In this document: piece by piece, positions 61,265-64,000 of the stretch
Layout: each line of letters starts with the position of its first letter
How positions within the stretch are numbered: the stretch's first letter is position 1
Source: Candidatus Bathyarchaeia archaeon
GTDB lineage: Archaea > Thermoproteota > Bathyarchaeia > Bathyarchaeales > Bathycorpusculaceae
DNA: 64,000 nucleotides
Reading direction: 5' to 3'
NCBI GenBank assembly: GCA_049512075.1
Contig: JBEKXL010000002.1
Location: forward strand, 1-64,000
Made by a program: the position numbers and the translations under genes
Notes under the pieces: model-generated
The model's database searches: none
Seen by the model: the letters and a program-made list of their open reading frames with translations, nothing else
Told to the model about the DNA's origin: nothing

Positions 61265-61813
61265 TTAATGGTTCAAACTGTTCTTTTTCAACGGTTTTCT
61301 CTTCAATTTTGTTCCGCAGACTTCGCATTTCTGTGACTCGTAGTTTGCTGGATATTTTTTGTGGCAGGCTGGGCAGTAGCGTATCCATTGTAGTCGGCGA
61401 CGAATTCCAAAGGTGGTTAAGGCGGCAAATTCGATGTTCATTTCGCTTGCAACGTTCTGTATCGAATAATCGTCTGTGGCAATCAGCGGAGTATAGCCGT
61501 CTGTCTTGAGTTCCAGAGCCAGTGCCAAGACTTGAAGGTCTGTCTCTGAAAGGAAAAAAGAGTCTCCCACAGCTGAGGCGAAGACTTTGGTCTTCTCTAA
61601 GAAGATTTTTTGCGGGTTTTTTACTGTGACTTTTCCGCTTTCCATGGCAGTTTTGAATCTAACCCCGGACATACTGTCTTCTGTTATCTCTTCTCTGACT
61701 TTTGGGGGAGTGTATTGTTCTTCGTTGATTGAGAACGGGTCAAAACCGGCAATGAGTGCGGACGTGTCTATGACTATTGCTCTTTTGCCTAGTTTGTCCG
61801 AGGGGCTTTTCAC
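61265..61813 (-). CDS. nob1: Nob1 endonuclease (PIN + Zn ribbon)
   Basis: VIDTSA, LSETD, TDDYSIQNVA, CPAC...CEVCG. Confidence 0.9.
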   Translation of the reverse strand: MKSPSDKLGKRAIVIDTSALIAGFDPFSINEEQYTPPKVREEITEDSMSGVRFKTAMESGKVTVKNPQKIFLEKTKVFASAVGDSFFLSETDLQVLALALELKTDGYTPLIATDDYSIQNVASEMNIEFAALTTFGIRRRLQWIRYCPACHKKYPANYESQKCEVCGTKLKRKPLKKNSLNH

Positions 61814-62649
61814 TTCATCCCTCGGAAGAGCAGCCTGCTCCTCAATCTGTGGTAGAAGTTCTCTCCAAATCGTATGAAGGATGTCTCGTTCTTGGAACGT
61901 GTGACGGTTAAACCCGGCTGTCTGCAGCTTACTAGCTGACGGCTGTGTCCATCGATGAGTATGTGAGTGTTCTTAGGTTTGTTGACTTCGATTGTGAGGA
62001 CTGAGTCCGCTGGAAAAACAATCGGGTGAAAAACGCTTAATGGACAAATGGGCGTCAGGACAAACGCGTCTACGCCAGGATCCAGCACAGGTCCTCCGGC
62101 TGAGAGAGAATATCCGGTGGAGCCGGTCTGTGTGGCCACCATCAGCCCGTCTGATTGACAGTTTATGATTGGATCTTTGTTTCTCAGGACACGTGTGTAA
62201 AGCAGTTTTGCGGGTTCATCGGCTGAGATGACAACTTCATTCAAAGCGTCTGGAAACTTGGCGCCGTCTGCAGTTACCGCGAGTTTCATGCACTTTTCAA
62301 TCTTGAATTCGCCGGCCAAACACTTGTCCACGGCGGAAAGAGCCTGTTTGGGATCAACTTCCGTGAGAAAGCCTCGAACACCCATGTTTATTGCAAGTAT
62401 AGGCGGCTCCGGCTTCGGAATCGAAAGGCACGTTCTGAGAATTGTTCCGTCGCCGCCAACGGTGATTATGAAATCGGGTTTCATCTTTTCTATCGGAATA
62501 GCTTCTAGTGTGCTGTTCATTTTTCCAGCTAATGTGTCTTCCGCGTATACTGCTAATCCGTTTGCTTTCAGATGTTCGGTTAGGTCGTCGGCGAGTTTCA
62601 GGGCGTTCTTTCTGTCGAAACGCACGACCAAGCCTACGCTTTTGAACAC
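61810..62649 (-). CDS. nadK: NAD kinase
   Basis: GGDGTIL, LNE, TGSTGYSLSAGGP. Confidence 0.95.
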   Translation of the reverse strand: MFKSVGLVVRFDRKNALKLADDLTEHLKANGLAVYAEDTLAGKMNSTLEAIPIEKMKPDFIITVGGDGTILRTCLSIPKPEPPILAINMGVRGFLTEVDPKQALSAVDKCLAGEFKIEKCMKLAVTADGAKFPDALNEVVISADEPAKLLYTRVLRNKDPIINCQSDGLMVATQTGSTGYSLSAGGPVLDPGVDAFVLTPICPLSVFHPIVFPADSVLTIEVNKPKNTHILIDGHSRQLVSCRQPGLTVTRSKNETSFIRFGENFYHRLRSRLLFRGMK

Positions 62650-62925
62650 GGGCGTTCCACCTTTAACCTACTACCGACACCTTAATCTATAATATAAAAG
62701 GCTTTTCGAAGAGTTCAGCTCGTTCATTAGCAAAAGTGCACAGGAGATTCAGGCAGATTATGAGGCTTTTGACGATGGAACATTCGGAAGGAAATATGCT
62801 CAATATATCATTGCTTGGATTGCGTAACTGACCCAAAAAAGGAATCTGACTGCGCGCGCGGACGCTTTGTTCTTCTGCAAAAACGCGCAGGTCGTGATGG
62901 TACCCAGCTTTGCTAGAGGCGTGGG

Positions 62926-63861
62926 TTATGGGTAGTGTTGTGCGTAGTGTTTTGCCAGGATGGATAGATCTGACAAGCTGACTTTGCCGTCGCCGTTTAT
63001 GTCCGCGTTGGCGTTCCAGTTTGGACTAGAAGGCGTGGTGCCATAAGCCTTTACGAGCACGGACAGGTCAGAGAGTCCGACTCTGAAGTCTCCGTTGACA
63101 TCGCCTGGAATCGTTAAGACTACTGAACTTTCGGCTGTTAGGTTGCCTGCTGTGACATTTAGGTTATAGTTACCGCATGGAAAATTAGTCGTATTCCAAG
63201 GGAACGAGAGAATTGAACTCCCAGAAACATTAACGCCTGTTTCGGTTCCTATGGTCGTCGCGTTACTGGACAGTGTGACGTCGAAAGCCCAAGGAGGATC
63301 ATCCAAATTTATGAGAGACACATTCAAAGGCAGGACGTATCCTTGTCCAACAACAGTCTTCGAGGGCACGAGACTTATCGGCTGATCTACGTTCACTTCA
63401 ATGGGCCCTGTTTCAAGCTCATACAAGCCATCTTGCGAGGAACCATAACCGTATATGTAGTAGGCTCCGGGCGAAACAGGAGTACCTTGGGAGAATAACG
63501 TGTCGTTACAGGTCTGTGGCCACGTCAAGACTCTAGTTATGTTCTCTCCAGGATCAAGGGACAAATCAACGATGACAAACGGGAAAATTCTGGATTTTGA
63601 CCATTGATAAATATAGCCTGTGTCATTGTGAACCAGAAGGTCAAAGGTTTTTGCCCAGTATTGGAAGGTTATTGTTTGATTGCTAATGTTCGTGACCGTG
63701 AGCGTTACGTTTATCGGTTCACCCACATAGTAGTCGGTCTTTTCAACGGTCATCGTGAGCTCAAGCTGTTCGTCCGCCTTCACAGGTTGAATCCTTAACG
63801 CTAATGCCGACACGCCTAGGCAAAGCATAACAATAATTATACCCGAAAATAACCGCTTCAA
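62926..63861 (-). CDS. Secreted protein with Ig-like domains and a C-terminal dockerin
   Basis: Signal peptide; GDVNGDFRVGLSDL...ADINGDGKVSLSDL. Confidence 0.82.
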   Translation of the reverse strand: MKRLFSGIIIVMLCLGVSALALRIQPVKADEQLELTMTVEKTDYYVGEPINVTLTVTNISNQTITFQYWAKTFDLLVHNDTGYIYQWSKSRIFPFVIVDLSLDPGENITRVLTWPQTCNDTLFSQGTPVSPGAYYIYGYGSSQDGLYELETGPIEVNVDQPISLVPSKTVVGQGYVLPLNVSLINLDDPPWAFDVTLSSNATTIGTETGVNVSGSSILSFPWNTTNFPCGNYNLNVTAGNLTAESSVVLTIPGDVNGDFRVGLSDLSVLVKAYGTTPSSPNWNANADINGDGKVSLSDLSILAKHYAQHYP

Positions 63862-64000
63862 CTCACCTTCCTCCTAACTCACTATTAGTTCAACTAGTAG
63901 ATAAGCCTTTAGACGCGTTCCAAAAATGTTTCCGCAACATCGCCTACATCAATTCCATACATAGTGAGCCTGCTCGTAGTAGCCCGCGCATAATGTTGAT

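Overview
Archaeal chromosomal segment, most likely Ca. Bathyarchaeia (TACK). This is inferred from PolD DP1/DP2, Elf1, GGGP synthase, Alba, dockerin proteins and a thaumarchaeal-like cdc6 neighbourhood. The window holds the probable replication origin (orc1/cdc6 plus ORB boxes at ~38.9-39.5 kb, between DP1 and DP2). Core content: two ribosomal/transcription gene clusters, a 2-oxoacid:ferredoxin oxidoreductase operon, an intron-containing tRNA-Ser(CGA) and housekeeping genes. Accessory content: two small TIR/TSD-bounded cassettes at 0.3-1.7 kb and a heavy-metal islet bounded by a degenerate copy of the tRNA 3' end. The main unexplained structure is a family of non-coding arrays built from phased ATTACA triads plus a G-string (14.8-15.2, 27.1-27.3 and 37.3-37.4 kb). 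Two of them share a perfect 206-bp inverted repeat. A near-identical ATCACA triad sits directly upstream of an origin-adjacent gene for a predicted membrane-anchored coiled-coil winged-helix protein. Together these suggest a candidate origin-tethering/segregation system, which is a hypothesis only. GCGCGC-core direct repeats recur at accessory module borders. All calls were made by eye, without database searches.
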